Counted from the first letter of the stretch, positions 39,174 through 48,781 are shown. The stretch is DNA of 64,000 nucleotides from Candidatus Curtissbacteria bacterium (GCA_016198325.1 JACQIV010000015.1:1423-65422); one strand, 5' to 3'. Translations and numbers: made by a program. The notes: generated by a model not told the origin, from the letters alone.

Positions 39174-40427
39174 ATGGCAAAGGTAAAAAAAATAATCGCT
39201 CACGAAATTTTGGATAGTCGGGGTATCCCGACAATTGAATCGATAGTAGAACTTTCGGATAGTTCCGTCGGAGTTTATTCTGTTCCGGCCGGACTTTCCG
39301 TGGGGAAACACGAAGCGGTGGAACTTAGGGATTCCGACCCCAAAAGGTACGACGGGAAAGGCGTTCTAAAGGCGCTTGAAACGATTCACTCTAAAATTGC
39401 ACCGCATGTAATAGGCAAAGACTCGCAAGACCAGGAAGCTATCGATCGGGAAATGATAAAGGCGGATGGAAGTGAGGATAAAAAAAATTTTGGTGCTAAC
39501 TCGATTCTTTCAATTTCCGGAGCAATTGCTAAAGCGGAAGCACAGTCGAAAAATATTCCACTTTACCAATACATTTCCAAATTACTTGGAGAAAACAAAA
39601 ACTCCTTTGCAATTCCAACACCAATGTTTAATATCTTAAACGGAGGTGCTCACGGGGGAGGCAACTTGGATTTCCAGGAATTTCTCCTTGTTCCTCAAGC
39701 AGCGCATTCTTATTCCACAGCATTAAGAATTGGTGCCGAAATTTATTATGCACTAAAACAAACAATAATTTCCCATAGTGGCATTTTTTTAGTTGGCGAT
39801 GAAGGTGGTTATGCGCCCACCCTATATGCTAATCTCGACGGCTTCAAGCTTCTCGAGGAAGGCATTGCCAGGGCAAACTATAAACTTGGCCTGGATGTTT
39901 TCCTTAGCCTCGACGTCGCGGCATCTCACTTTAAGAAAGGAGGCTCCTATAAAATTAAAGATAGACCGGTTGCCTTAAGTGGTAGCGACTTTATTGATTA
40001 TTACGTCACCCTGAATGAACAGTATCACCTACTCTCGCTGGAGGATCCGCTTGGCGAAGACGATTGGGGTGACTGGGCTAATCTGGTTAGGAAAATGGGT
40101 AACGAAACAATAATAGTCGGTGACGACTTGACCAGTACAAACTTAACCAGGCTAAAAAAAGCAATAGACGAAAAAGCTATTGGTGGAATTATCATCAAGC
40201 CAAATCAAGTTGGAACAATCACAGAAACCTTGGAAGTTGTGAAAGCGGCAAAAAAAGCGGGGTTGAAGATTATTACCTCCCATAGGTCCGGAGAAACGAA
40301 CGATCCATTTATCTCTGATTTTGCGGTCGGTATTAATTGTGAATATGCAAAATTTGGGGCACCTGCAAGAGGAGAAAGAGTTGCAAAATACAATCGCCTT
40401 TTAGAAATTGAACACGAACTTTCTTAA
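39174..40427 (+). CDS. eno: enolase
   Basis: MAKVKKIIAHEILDSRGIPTIE…, enolase signatures. Confidence 0.9.
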   Translation: MAKVKKIIAHEILDSRGIPTIESIVELSDSSVGVYSVPAGLSVGKHEAVELRDSDPKRYDGKGVLKALETIHSKIAPHVIGKDSQDQEAIDREMIKADGSEDKKNFGANSILSISGAIAKAEAQSKNIPLYQYISKLLGENKNSFAIPTPMFNILNGGAHGGGNLDFQEFLLVPQAAHSYSTALRIGAEIYYALKQTIISHSGIFLVGDEGGYAPTLYANLDGFKLLEEGIARANYKLGLDVFLSLDVAASHFKKGGSYKIKDRPVALSGSDFIDYYVTLNEQYHLLSLEDPLGEDDWGDWANLVRKMGNETIIVGDDLTSTNLTRLKKAIDEKAIGGIIIKPNQVGTITETLEVVKAAKKAGLKIITSHRSGETNDPFISDFAVGINCEYAKFGAPARGERVAKYNRLLEIEHELS

Positions 40428-40435
40428 TTCTTTAC

Positions 40436-42034
40436 ATGTTTAAGATTCAAGAAAAACCTAAGCCACTTATTCTCTGTATCCTGGACGGCTGGGGAGTTTC
40501 CCAGGACAGTCCGGGTAATGCAATAACTCGGGCAAATCCCATAAATTTCAATTCTTTCTGGTTCTCCTTTCCACACACCCTACTAATAGCATCGGGACAA
40601 GCGGTAGGTTTACCGGAAGGACAAGTTGGCAACAGTGAGGTCGGTCATCTTAACCTCGGGGCAGGCAGAGTTGTTTTTCAGGATCTTCTCAGGATTAATA
40701 CTGCGATTGCAGATGCTACCTTCTATGAAAATCAGTCATTCCTTGATGCTGTTGCTCACATTAAAGAACACGGTTCGAATATTCACCTCATGGGCCTTGC
40801 CGGACTTGGGTCGGTTCATAGTCAGATCGAACATTTATATGCTCTCTTGTCCTTCATTAAGAAACAACAGCTTCCAGCTTCTAAAGTTAAAATACATATT
40901 TTTACCGACGGACGTGACAGCCCACCCGCCTCGGCAAAACTGTTTGTGAGCCAACTTAAAAGCAGGCTTGAACAAAACGGACTCGGGCAAATTGCTTCCA
41001 TTTCCGGCAGATACTATTCCATGGACCGGGATAACCGTTGGGAAAGAACGGCAAAAGCATATAAGGCATTATTGGGAAATGCCGAAATTAGAAATACTGA
41101 TCCTCTGGCAGCAATCGATAAATCCTACGCGGAAGCAAAAACTGACGAATTTATAGAACCTTTAGTTATAGTAGACGAGAACAACATACCGGTGGGACCG
41201 ATTTCCGAAAATGACGCTGTAATTTTTTTCAATTACAGGCCGGATAGGGCAAGGCAAATCACAGAGGCATTGATCACAGAAGACCTAACCAAACAAAAAT
41301 CATCAAGCGGTGAAAAAATTCAAACATTCGAACGTGGACCAAAACTAAAAAACCTTTTTTTCGTTTCATTAACTGAATACGCCAAAGGAATGCCCGTAAA
41401 CAGGGTTGCTTTCTCACCCGAAGAAGTAACTATGCCTATCGCACGAATATTTTCGGAACGAAATGCCAAACAACTACATATAGCTGAGACCGAAAAATAC
41501 GCCCACGTTACTTATTTTTTCAATGGAGGATTGGAAAAGCCTTTTTCCGGTGAAGACAGGATTCTTATCGATTCCCCAAAAGTTGCCTCTTACGACCTAA
41601 AGCCGGAAATGTCCGCTCCGGAAATTACTAAACAACTAATCGCAAGAATAAATACAAGAGCATACGATTTTATCGTGGTCAACTTTGCCAATGCGGATAT
41701 GGTTTCGCATTCCGGGAAAATTGACGCAACACTCAAAGCTGTTCAGTGTGTAGATTTTCAGTTAGGTTTGATTGTCAAAACAACGCTAGGGATGGGAGGG
41801 GGAGTCATAATAACGGCAGATCACGGGAATGCAGAAGAAATGCTAAATTTAAGAACCGGGGAAGTCGATACGGAACACAATAATAGCCCTGTCCCCTGCG
41901 TATTCATTTTTAAAGAGTTGCAAGGCTCTACTGTCCAGCTACCAAGAGGTTTACTTGCAGATGTTGCGCCGACAATCCTTGGAATTCTTCAAATCCCAAA
42001 ACCCTCGCAAATGACGGGCCGCAGTCTGCTCTAG
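40436..42034 (+). CDS. gpmI: 2,3-bisphosphoglycerate-independent phosphoglycerate mutase
   Basis: iPGM N- and C-terminal metalloenzyme domains (…ILDGWG…, …TADHGNAEEM…). Confidence 0.9.
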   Translation: MFKIQEKPKPLILCILDGWGVSQDSPGNAITRANPINFNSFWFSFPHTLLIASGQAVGLPEGQVGNSEVGHLNLGAGRVVFQDLLRINTAIADATFYENQSFLDAVAHIKEHGSNIHLMGLAGLGSVHSQIEHLYALLSFIKKQQLPASKVKIHIFTDGRDSPPASAKLFVSQLKSRLEQNGLGQIASISGRYYSMDRDNRWERTAKAYKALLGNAEIRNTDPLAAIDKSYAEAKTDEFIEPLVIVDENNIPVGPISENDAVIFFNYRPDRARQITEALITEDLTKQKSSSGEKIQTFERGPKLKNLFFVSLTEYAKGMPVNRVAFSPEEVTMPIARIFSERNAKQLHIAETEKYAHVTYFFNGGLEKPFSGEDRILIDSPKVASYDLKPEMSAPEITKQLIARINTRAYDFIVVNFANADMVSHSGKIDATLKAVQCVDFQLGLIVKTTLGMGGGVIITADHGNAEEMLNLRTGEVDTEHNNSPVPCVFIFKELQGSTVQLPRGLLADVAPTILGILQIPKPSQMTGRSLL

Positions 42035-42702
42035 AAAAGAACAACTAATTCACCCTTTACACCCTGTGAGTAATGCGTCAATATTTCCGAGATCCGCATT
42101 CTGTTCACCTCTTCAAATGACTTTGTGAGTTCTCTACCTGTAACTATCTCAATGTCTCCAAAAATATCCATGATGTCAGTTAATGTTTTCGTAAGGCGGT
42201 ATGGGGACTCGTACAGGATAATTGTCGGGCGTATAATTTGTGCAAAAGATTTAAGGTCGGAAATAATTTTTCTCCGCTTCCCGTCTTTTTTCGGTAGATA
42301 ACCCAAAAAAAGAAATTTATCAGGAGGCAAGCCCGAAATTGTCAAAGCCGAAATCACAGCAGACGGGCCGGGAATGGATTCAACCCTTATTTCATGTTTA
42401 AGAGCTTCCCTTACCAGCTTAAAACCCGGATCCGAAATTAACGGAGTTCCTGCGTCGGAAACAAGAGCTATGCTACGACCATCCTTCAGCCCCGAAATAA
42501 TCTTAGGGATTCTGGATTCTTCATTGAAATCATTTAAAGAAGTCATTTTCTTGACAATTTCATAGTGCCTCAATAATTTGCCCGTCACTCGAGTATCTTC
42601 AGCCAAGATAGAGTCAACAGACTCCAAAGTTTCGATTGCCCTTAAAGTGATATCTTTCATATTACCTATAGGAGTAGATACAATATACAAAATGCCGTCC
42701 AT
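42031..42702 (-). CDS. rsmI: 16S rRNA (cytidine1402-2'-O)-methyltransferase
   Basis: …LYIVSTPIGNMKDITLRAIETLESVDSILAEDTRVTGKLLRHY… tetrapyrrole-methylase fold. Confidence 0.8.
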   Translation of the reverse strand: MDGILYIVSTPIGNMKDITLRAIETLESVDSILAEDTRVTGKLLRHYEIVKKMTSLNDFNEESRIPKIISGLKDGRSIALVSDAGTPLISDPGFKLVREALKHEIRVESIPGPSAVISALTISGLPPDKFLFLGYLPKKDGKRRKIISDLKSFAQIIRPTIILYESPYRLTKTLTDIMDIFGDIEIVTGRELTKSFEEVNRMRISEILTHYSQGVKGELVVLF

Positions 42703-42860
42703 GATGGCACTTATTATGAGCGAGAATACCAAGACTTTCAAATTAGAGATGAAAGTCCAGCTAGCGAAGAAAAAAATTATTCTGCTTTGTCCGGTGGAGT
42801 TTTATTTCTAGCGATGAAACCCCCGGCTTAAGATATTGGGATGGTACCGAATCTATCTAG

Positions 42861-42891
42861 AAAGACGAAAACCCCGGACTTTAGTCCGGGG
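42861..42891 (-). terminator. intrinsic-terminator-like hairpin (CCCCGGAC-TTTA-GTCCGGGG) followed by a U-tract on the minus strand
   Basis: 8-bp GC-rich stem at 42872..42891; minus-strand U-run TTTTCGTCTTT at 42861..42871; lies in the rsmI/dedA divergent intergenic region. Confidence 0.4.
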
Positions 42892-42931
42892 AGGACGTCA
42901 TTTTTAACTTAAGTTAAATTCTTGTCAAATA

Positions 42932-43561
42932 ATGGGTGAATCGATACTTGAAGTATTAGTTTTTTGGGTCATGGGTGTCATTTCCAATCTAGGGTACCCG
43001 GGGGTATTCCTCCTGATGGCACTGGAATCCGCCTTAATACCTATTCCCTCCGAAGTGATAATGCCTTTTTCCGGATTTCTCGTATCGGAAGGTAGGTTTA
43101 ACCTCGTCCTGGTTGTTTTTGCAGGTGCTTTCGGAAATTTGGTTGGCTCATGGGCAGCATATGCACTGGGTTTTTACGGAGAGAAAGCAGTAGTCCGGAA
43201 ACTAGTTCAAAAATACGGTAAATTTATACTCCTTACGGAAGAAGAATTTGACAGTTCACTAAAGTTATTCCATAAATATGGGCAGTGGTTAGCAGCAGTA
43301 GCTAGGGTATTACCCGCTGTAAGAACAGTTATCTCACTTCCCGCTGGTATTGCCAAGCTTTCATTCTGGAAATTTTCGGCACTTACTTTTTTCGGTTCGC
43401 TGATTTGGTCGTATTTTTTAACATTTATCGGAGTAAAACTTGGAGAAAACTGGGAAATAATAAGGCCTTATTTTCGGAAATTTGACATTCTTATAATAGC
43501 CGTTTCTATACTTCTTGTAGGAGCTTATATTTACCACAAGCTCCGCAAAAAAAGAAAATAG
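42932..43561 (+). CDS. DedA-family membrane protein
   Basis: …GYPGVFLLMALESALIPIPSEVIMPFSGFLVSEG… DedA/SNARE-associated signature. Confidence 0.75.
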   Translation: MGESILEVLVFWVMGVISNLGYPGVFLLMALESALIPIPSEVIMPFSGFLVSEGRFNLVLVVFAGAFGNLVGSWAAYALGFYGEKAVVRKLVQKYGKFILLTEEEFDSSLKLFHKYGQWLAAVARVLPAVRTVISLPAGIAKLSFWKFSALTFFGSLIWSYFLTFIGVKLGENWEIIRPYFRKFDILIIAVSILLVGAYIYHKLRKKRK

Positions 43562-44883
43562 TGCAAAAAACAGAAGAACCGGGAAAAACTATTCCAAATA
43601 GCAATCGTTTTAATCGCTTTATACGCATCCTTGGTCCCGGATTGGTAACAGGGGCAGCTGACGACGACCCCTCCGGCATTGCAACTTATTCTCAGGCAGG
43701 CGCCGGATTTGGATTTGGGCTACTCTGGGCATTTCCGCTAATGTACCCACTGCTCTTAGCTGTGCAGGAATCGTGCGCCAGGATTGGTGCAGTAACTGGC
43801 AAGGGGCTGGCAGCCATTTTAAAAGAAAATTACAGCAGGCGGCTTCTTTTTTTATCGGTTTTACTGGTTGTTGTTGCAAATACAATTAACATCGGTGCGG
43901 ACCTTGGCGCGATGGCAGCAACAACCCAATTACTAATGCCCATACCTTTTGTTTTTTTGGCGATTTTTTATGCAATAGTGGTTATATTACTTGAGATTTT
44001 TGTACCCTACAAAACATATGCGCATATACTTAAATGGCTCGCAATTGCACTCCTTGCCTACCCTGTTACTGCCTTTATTATTAATCCGTCCTGGAGAGCG
44101 ATTTTTAAAGAAACCTTCACGTTTCACCCCAAAGTAAATTTCGAAAGCCTGTACATTTTTGTCGGCATGCTTGGTACAACAGTATCTCCCTATTTGTTCT
44201 TTTGGGATACGTCGGAAGTGGTGGAAAATGAAATATCCGAGCACCGCCTTGCGGAAGGTGGAGGAATTCCGCGAATTAGCAAAAAATTTATACATAATCT
44301 TAGAATTGATAATTTTGTAGGAATGACACTTGCAAGTGTGACCGCGTGGTTCATTGTAGTTGTTAGCGCATCAGTTTTATTTAAAGGTGGCGTAACAGAA
44401 ATAAATACGGCAGCCGACGCCGCTAAGGCACTAGAACCTCTAGTTCAGAATTTCCCAAATGCAGGCCTCGTTGCAAAATTGATTTTTTCTATCGGAGTGA
44501 TCGGGCTCGGATTACTTGCTGTCCCTGTTTTAGCAGGTTCTGCTTCTTATGCGATTAGCGAAACTATGGGTTGGAAAGAAGGATTACACAGAAAGTTCCG
44601 ACACGCTACAGGGTTTTATGCAGTAATCACTATAGCAACACTTGTTGGACTTTCCCTTAACTTTCTGGGTGTTGACCCTATCAAAGCTTTGATATTTACT
44701 GCTGTGTTTAACGGAGTTGCCGCTGTTCCCCTATTGTTTATGATTGCGAGGGTAGGGAATAACGAAAAAATTATGGGTGAACATAAAAACGGGCCGATAT
44801 CTAATCTTGGAATTCGCGTAACCTTTAGTGTTATGGCTCTTGCAGTCTTTATACTTTTCTTCGCCCTAATTACCGGACAGTAA
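43561..44883 (+). CDS. mntH: Nramp-family divalent metal (Mn2+/Fe2+) transporter
   Basis: GPGLVTGAADDDPSGIATYSQAGA and ~11 TM segments. Confidence 0.85.
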   Translation: MQKTEEPGKTIPNSNRFNRFIRILGPGLVTGAADDDPSGIATYSQAGAGFGFGLLWAFPLMYPLLLAVQESCARIGAVTGKGLAAILKENYSRRLLFLSVLLVVVANTINIGADLGAMAATTQLLMPIPFVFLAIFYAIVVILLEIFVPYKTYAHILKWLAIALLAYPVTAFIINPSWRAIFKETFTFHPKVNFESLYIFVGMLGTTVSPYLFFWDTSEVVENEISEHRLAEGGGIPRISKKFIHNLRIDNFVGMTLASVTAWFIVVVSASVLFKGGVTEINTAADAAKALEPLVQNFPNAGLVAKLIFSIGVIGLGLLAVPVLAGSASYAISETMGWKEGLHRKFRHATGFYAVITIATLVGLSLNFLGVDPIKALIFTAVFNGVAAVPLLFMIARVGNNEKIMGEHKNGPISNLGIRVTFSVMALAVFILFFALITGQ

Positions 44884-44945
44884 CAAATTTAAAGGCAAAT
44901 AATCGTATCAGATAAAGAACTTCAAGTCCCCGGTAATGGGCTTTA

Positions 44946-45563
44946 CTAATTGTATTTTCGTATTACCCCGACACACTTGCCCTGTATCGATACACTTTTT
45001 GCGAAAATAGGTTGCATCGTTGAATTTGCCGGCTCCAGCCGAACTCTGTCCTGCTCCTTATAGAATCTCTTGAGAGTAACAATACCGTTTCCGATCATAG
45101 CAACCACTATGTCTCCGTCTCTCGCCTGGCTAGTTTCCTCAACAACCACATAATCCCCGTCCAGTATCCCGTCTTCAATCATCGATTCTCCTCTTACCTG
45201 GAGAACATAGGATTTCTTGTTTTGGGAGACCATGTTTGGTGAAACCTGAAATTTCGCATTAGGATCCGTATAAGGTTCGATAGGTGACCCGGCTGCGATA
45301 AAACCAAGTAGCGGAAGTTCAATCCCGCGTACAACTTCCCCAATTTTTCTGTCCAGTAACTCAATCCCCCTTGCCAACCCGGAAGATTTTTTTATAAGAC
45401 CTTTCTTCTCGAGTGTTTGAAGATGCTCGTGAACGGTAGCAAGAGACTTTACTCCGAGATTCTTAGCGATCTCAACTAGCGTAGGGGCGTGTCCGTGATC
45501 TCTTATATAACTTTCTAAATAATCTAAAATTTGCCTCTGACGTTTATAAATAACTTGCGGCAT
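44946..45563 (-). CDS. lexA: LexA repressor
   Basis: N-terminal winged HTH …ILDYLESYIRDHGHAPTLVEIAKNLGVKSLATVHEHLQTLEKKG…, S24 peptidase domain with GESM…K; start at MPQVIYKRQ. Confidence 0.85.
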   Translation of the reverse strand: MPQVIYKRQRQILDYLESYIRDHGHAPTLVEIAKNLGVKSLATVHEHLQTLEKKGLIKKSSGLARGIELLDRKIGEVVRGIELPLLGFIAAGSPIEPYTDPNAKFQVSPNMVSQNKKSYVLQVRGESMIEDGILDGDYVVVEETSQARDGDIVVAMIGNGIVTLKRFYKEQDRVRLEPANSTMQPIFAKSVSIQGKCVGVIRKYN

Positions 45564-45569
45564 AAAAAC

Positions 45570-45599
45570 AAAATACCAAATAAAACCCGAAGTTGTCAA
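45570..45599 (-). promoter_or_regulatory. lexA promoter (minus strand TTGACA-18-TATTTT) with candidate SOS operator TTCGGGTTTTATTTGG
   Basis: -35 = 45594..45599, -10 = 45570..45575 (reverse complement); 16-mer 45576..45591 closely matches the dinB-operon promoter spacer. Confidence 0.4.
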
Positions 45600-45621
45600 T
45601 GGGCAAAAAAAGGTCTATAAA
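45593..45621 (+). promoter_or_regulatory. sigma70-like promoter TTGTCA-17-TATAAA for the KAS-III-like gene; palindrome AATTGCAATT at 45620..45629
   Basis: Hexamers read directly; GTG start at 45633 gives a near-leaderless transcript. Confidence 0.45.
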
Positions 45622-45632
45622 TTGCAATTACC

Positions 45633-46682
45633 GTGTCATTAAAAATCGAGACAGAAATTCCAAGTCAAGATACTCCACTTGTTGCAAGTTTTCTTCCCGA
45701 ACCTCAAGTAGTCACTAATCAAGATCTGGTCGAATTTATTGCTAAAAACAATAAAAATAGCCCATCATTGAGCGCAGAAGACATAAGGCGCAAAACCGGT
45801 ATTATTATAAGACATTACCGGCAGCCGTTAGGCCAAGAATCTGATTCAAGGCTCGAAACAATTCCTTGTATGGCAGAAAAAATGGCAAAAGCCCTGCTTT
45901 TACAAAAAGGCTGGAAACCGGAAGCTGTCGACCTTTTTGCTGTCATCACTACTTACCCGTTAGGAAAAGAGAACAATATTTCAGGAGTAGTTTCAGGGAG
46001 GCTCAACATAAGTCATGCAGAAACAGTTGATGTCTATGCCGGGTGTGTCGGTCCGGTTTACTTCTTGGACAAACTAAGGAGAATTGGTTATGGAGACAAA
46101 GATAAAATCCTGGCCGTAAGTGTCGAGCACTATACTCCCAGTCTTGATCCAGGGTTGGATATGGCAGTTTTTTCCGATCAAAAATCAGGAATTGCCTTCG
46201 AAGGAAAAGATCTTACATTGGAAGATTCGGAAATCATTATGAAACCGAGCCGATTAATCACATTCCCGATTAATAAAGAAGATTATCCCGAAGATTCCTG
46301 GGCAATGGATATGCCGACCGGGTCAAATAATTTTAGCATGAAAGGATTCGAAGTCTATGAAGCCATAAGAAACGGGCCGCTGTTTGGTCTTATCAAATAT
46401 TTAACAATGAAAAATCCGGAGAGTGAAGCTTTAGTGCCCCATCCTGGGAGTGGAAAAGTTCTGGACATGATACAAAGGCAGTTGCAAAAAATCGGGCTGA
46501 GTCTTTATGTTTCAAGGGAAACTCTGGCGCAATTTGGAAATGGGGCAGCTGCAAGTAATTTTGCAGAACTCGGAGCATTCCTGAAAAGCCCTAAAGGAAG
46601 AACCGCAAGAAACATAATACTTGCTGCTGCAGGAGCAGGAATGGCTTTCGGAGCGGTTAGGGTAGTAATTAAAAAAAGATAG
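45633..46682 (+). CDS. 3-oxoacyl-ACP synthase III (FabH/KAS-III)-like thiolase-fold protein
   Basis: Candidate catalytic triad: AGCVGPVYF (Cys), VPHPGSGKV (His), FGNGAAAS (Asn, cf. GNTSAAS); ~80-aa N-terminal extension; GTG start. Confidence 0.5.
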   Translation: MSLKIETEIPSQDTPLVASFLPEPQVVTNQDLVEFIAKNNKNSPSLSAEDIRRKTGIIIRHYRQPLGQESDSRLETIPCMAEKMAKALLLQKGWKPEAVDLFAVITTYPLGKENNISGVVSGRLNISHAETVDVYAGCVGPVYFLDKLRRIGYGDKDKILAVSVEHYTPSLDPGLDMAVFSDQKSGIAFEGKDLTLEDSEIIMKPSRLITFPINKEDYPEDSWAMDMPTGSNNFSMKGFEVYEAIRNGPLFGLIKYLTMKNPESEALVPHPGSGKVLDMIQRQLQKIGLSLYVSRETLAQFGNGAAASNFAELGAFLKSPKGRTARNIILAAAGAGMAFGAVRVVIKKR

Positions 46683-46732
46683 CTCACCTTCTTCAGGCTT
46701 CGCATCAAACTACTGTATAATAAAACTTTGCA

Positions 46733-48724
46733 ATGAAATTCAAATTAACATCCGACTATAAACCGACAGGAGACCAACCTCAAGCAATCGAAAGCCTAAC
46801 CGAGGGTTTAAAAAAAGGATATAAAAACCAAACACTCCTTGGCGTAACAGGATCCGGGAAAACTTTTACGGTGGCAAACGTAATTCAAAACATTCAAAAA
46901 GCCACACTAATTATTTCACATAATAAAACTCTTGCTGCCCAACTTTATCAGGAATTCCGAGAATTTTTTCCGGAAAATGCAGTCAGTTACTTTGTTTCTT
47001 ACTATGATTACTATCAGCCTGAAGCATATCTGCCAACGACCGATACCTACATCGAAAAAGAAACGGAAGTAAACGAAGAAATTGATAAGCTAAGGCTCGC
47101 AGCAACGACAGCACTCGCAACCAGAAAAGATGTAATTGTCGTTGCCTCCGTTTCAGCTATTTACAACTTGGGTCCGCCACAAGAATACCAAAACGCAAGG
47201 ATATATTTGGAAGTTGGAGATAACTGGTCAAGGACCGGACTCCTCAAAAGCTTAGCACGTATCCAATATGAAAGAAATGATAGTGAATTCATAAGAGGAA
47301 CATATAGGGTTAGAGGAAGTGCAATCGATATTTATCCTGCATACGAAAATAACGGAATCAGACTTTTGTTTACAGGGGAAAAACTAACAAACATAGAAAT
47401 AATCCATCCCGTTTCCGGTGAAATTCAAAAGAAGGTAAACTCACTGGCCATATATCCGGCAAAACACTATATTGCATCGGAAGAATCAAAAGAAGGCGCA
47501 TTAAAATCAATAGAAAAAGAGCTGGAATTTAGATTGAAAGAACTACATAAAATGAAAAAATTACTCGAAGAACATCGTCTACGGGAAAGAACAAAATACG
47601 ACATGGAAATGATAAAAACTCTAGGTTATTGCAAAGGTATTGAAAATTACTCCAGGCATTTTGACGGGAGGAAACCTGGTGACCCTCCGTTTAGTTTATT
47701 TGAGCACCTTCCTAAAGATTTCCTATTGGTAATAGATGAATCACATATGACAATTCCTCAGATCCATGGAATGTATAACGGCGACAGGGCAAGAAAAGAA
47801 ATGCTGGTTGATTTTGGTTTCCGACTTCCTTCTGCTTACGACAATCGGCCCTTAAAATATGAGGAATACGTAAGAAAGATTAATCAGGTAATCTATTCTT
47901 CGGCAACCCCTGCACCTTACGAATTGTCAGTTTCCGGGCAAGTCGTCGAGCAACTGGTAAGGCCAACAGGGCTTTTAGACCCAACGATAACGGTAAAACC
48001 AACAGAGGGTCAGATCGACGATTTGATAAAAGAAATAGAAAAGAAAATTAAAAAAAGTCAGCGGGTACTTGTTACAACATTAACCAAACGGATGGCAGAG
48101 GAACTTTCAAATTATCTTTCGGAAAAAAATGTTAAAGTTCAGTATTTACATTCGGAAGTCCAGACCTTGGATAGGACAGATATTCTCGATGATCTTCGCC
48201 TGGGTAATTATGATGTTCTTGTAGGTATTAATTTACTCAGAGAAGGCTTAGATCTTCCCGAAGTCACACTAGTGGCAATATTAGATGCGGATAAAGAAGG
48301 ATTTTTAAGAAGCGGAACAGCTCTAATCCAAACAATGGGAAGAGCGGCGCGGCATGTTGACGGGGAAGTCGTATTGTATGCAGATACCGTAACACACTCG
48401 ATGCAAAAAGCCATAGACGAGGTGGAAAGGCGAAGGAAAATACAGATAGACTTCAACAACAAATACGGAATCAGTCCGAAGACCATCGAAAAGCCGATAA
48501 GAGAAAAACTAGTTGACCGCGAAAAAATTTACGAAGACGACAAGAAAATATTCCAAGACCAGGTCATCAGCAAGACTCTTGAAAGAGCCCTAACAGGGAA
48601 TTTGCTACCAGAAGATAAAAGCAAATTAATACGTGTTCTTAACAGGGAGATGAAAGAGGCAGTAAGGATACTGGATTTTGAGCGGGCAGCAATACTCCGG
48701 GACCAAATTTTACAGTTAAAATAG
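46733..48724 (+). CDS. uvrB: excinuclease ABC subunit B
   Basis: Walker A GVTGSGKT, helicase motifs, C-terminal UVR domain. Confidence 0.9.
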   Translation: MKFKLTSDYKPTGDQPQAIESLTEGLKKGYKNQTLLGVTGSGKTFTVANVIQNIQKATLIISHNKTLAAQLYQEFREFFPENAVSYFVSYYDYYQPEAYLPTTDTYIEKETEVNEEIDKLRLAATTALATRKDVIVVASVSAIYNLGPPQEYQNARIYLEVGDNWSRTGLLKSLARIQYERNDSEFIRGTYRVRGSAIDIYPAYENNGIRLLFTGEKLTNIEIIHPVSGEIQKKVNSLAIYPAKHYIASEESKEGALKSIEKELEFRLKELHKMKKLLEEHRLRERTKYDMEMIKTLGYCKGIENYSRHFDGRKPGDPPFSLFEHLPKDFLLVIDESHMTIPQIHGMYNGDRARKEMLVDFGFRLPSAYDNRPLKYEEYVRKINQVIYSSATPAPYELSVSGQVVEQLVRPTGLLDPTITVKPTEGQIDDLIKEIEKKIKKSQRVLVTTLTKRMAEELSNYLSEKNVKVQYLHSEVQTLDRTDILDDLRLGNYDVLVGINLLREGLDLPEVTLVAILDADKEGFLRSGTALIQTMGRAARHVDGEVVLYADTVTHSMQKAIDEVERRRKIQIDFNNKYGISPKTIEKPIREKLVDREKIYEDDKKIFQDQVISKTLERALTGNLLPEDKSKLIRVLNREMKEAVRILDFERAAILRDQILQLK

Positions 48725-48741
48725 AAAAAATGGATTATCTT

Positions 48742-48755
48742 TCCCGTCTACGGGA
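48742..48755. promoter_or_regulatory. perfect 6-2-6 palindrome TCCCGT-CT-ACGGGA upstream of uvrA
   Basis: Read directly; 27 bp upstream of the uvrA ATG; the 2-nt centre makes a binding site likelier than a hairpin. Confidence 0.35.
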
Positions 48756-48781
48756 TGAAATGTAAATGAAAGGTTAAAAAT

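Noticed and set aside
42800-42931. Mn-responsive yybP-ykoY riboswitch before dedA-mntH
   Set aside because: A few conserved-looking runs (GGGGAGGACG, CUUGUCAAAU) are present. But I cannot reproduce the consensus structure by eye, and the element normally controls exporters rather than Nramp importers. It is kept only as a low-confidence idea under the leader-hairpin finding.
46700-46735. TACTGTATAAT upstream of uvrB, considered as an E. coli-type LexA box (CTGT-N8-ACAG)
   Set aside because: The second half-site (ACAG) is absent. The sequence is better explained as an extended -10 (TGTATAAT).
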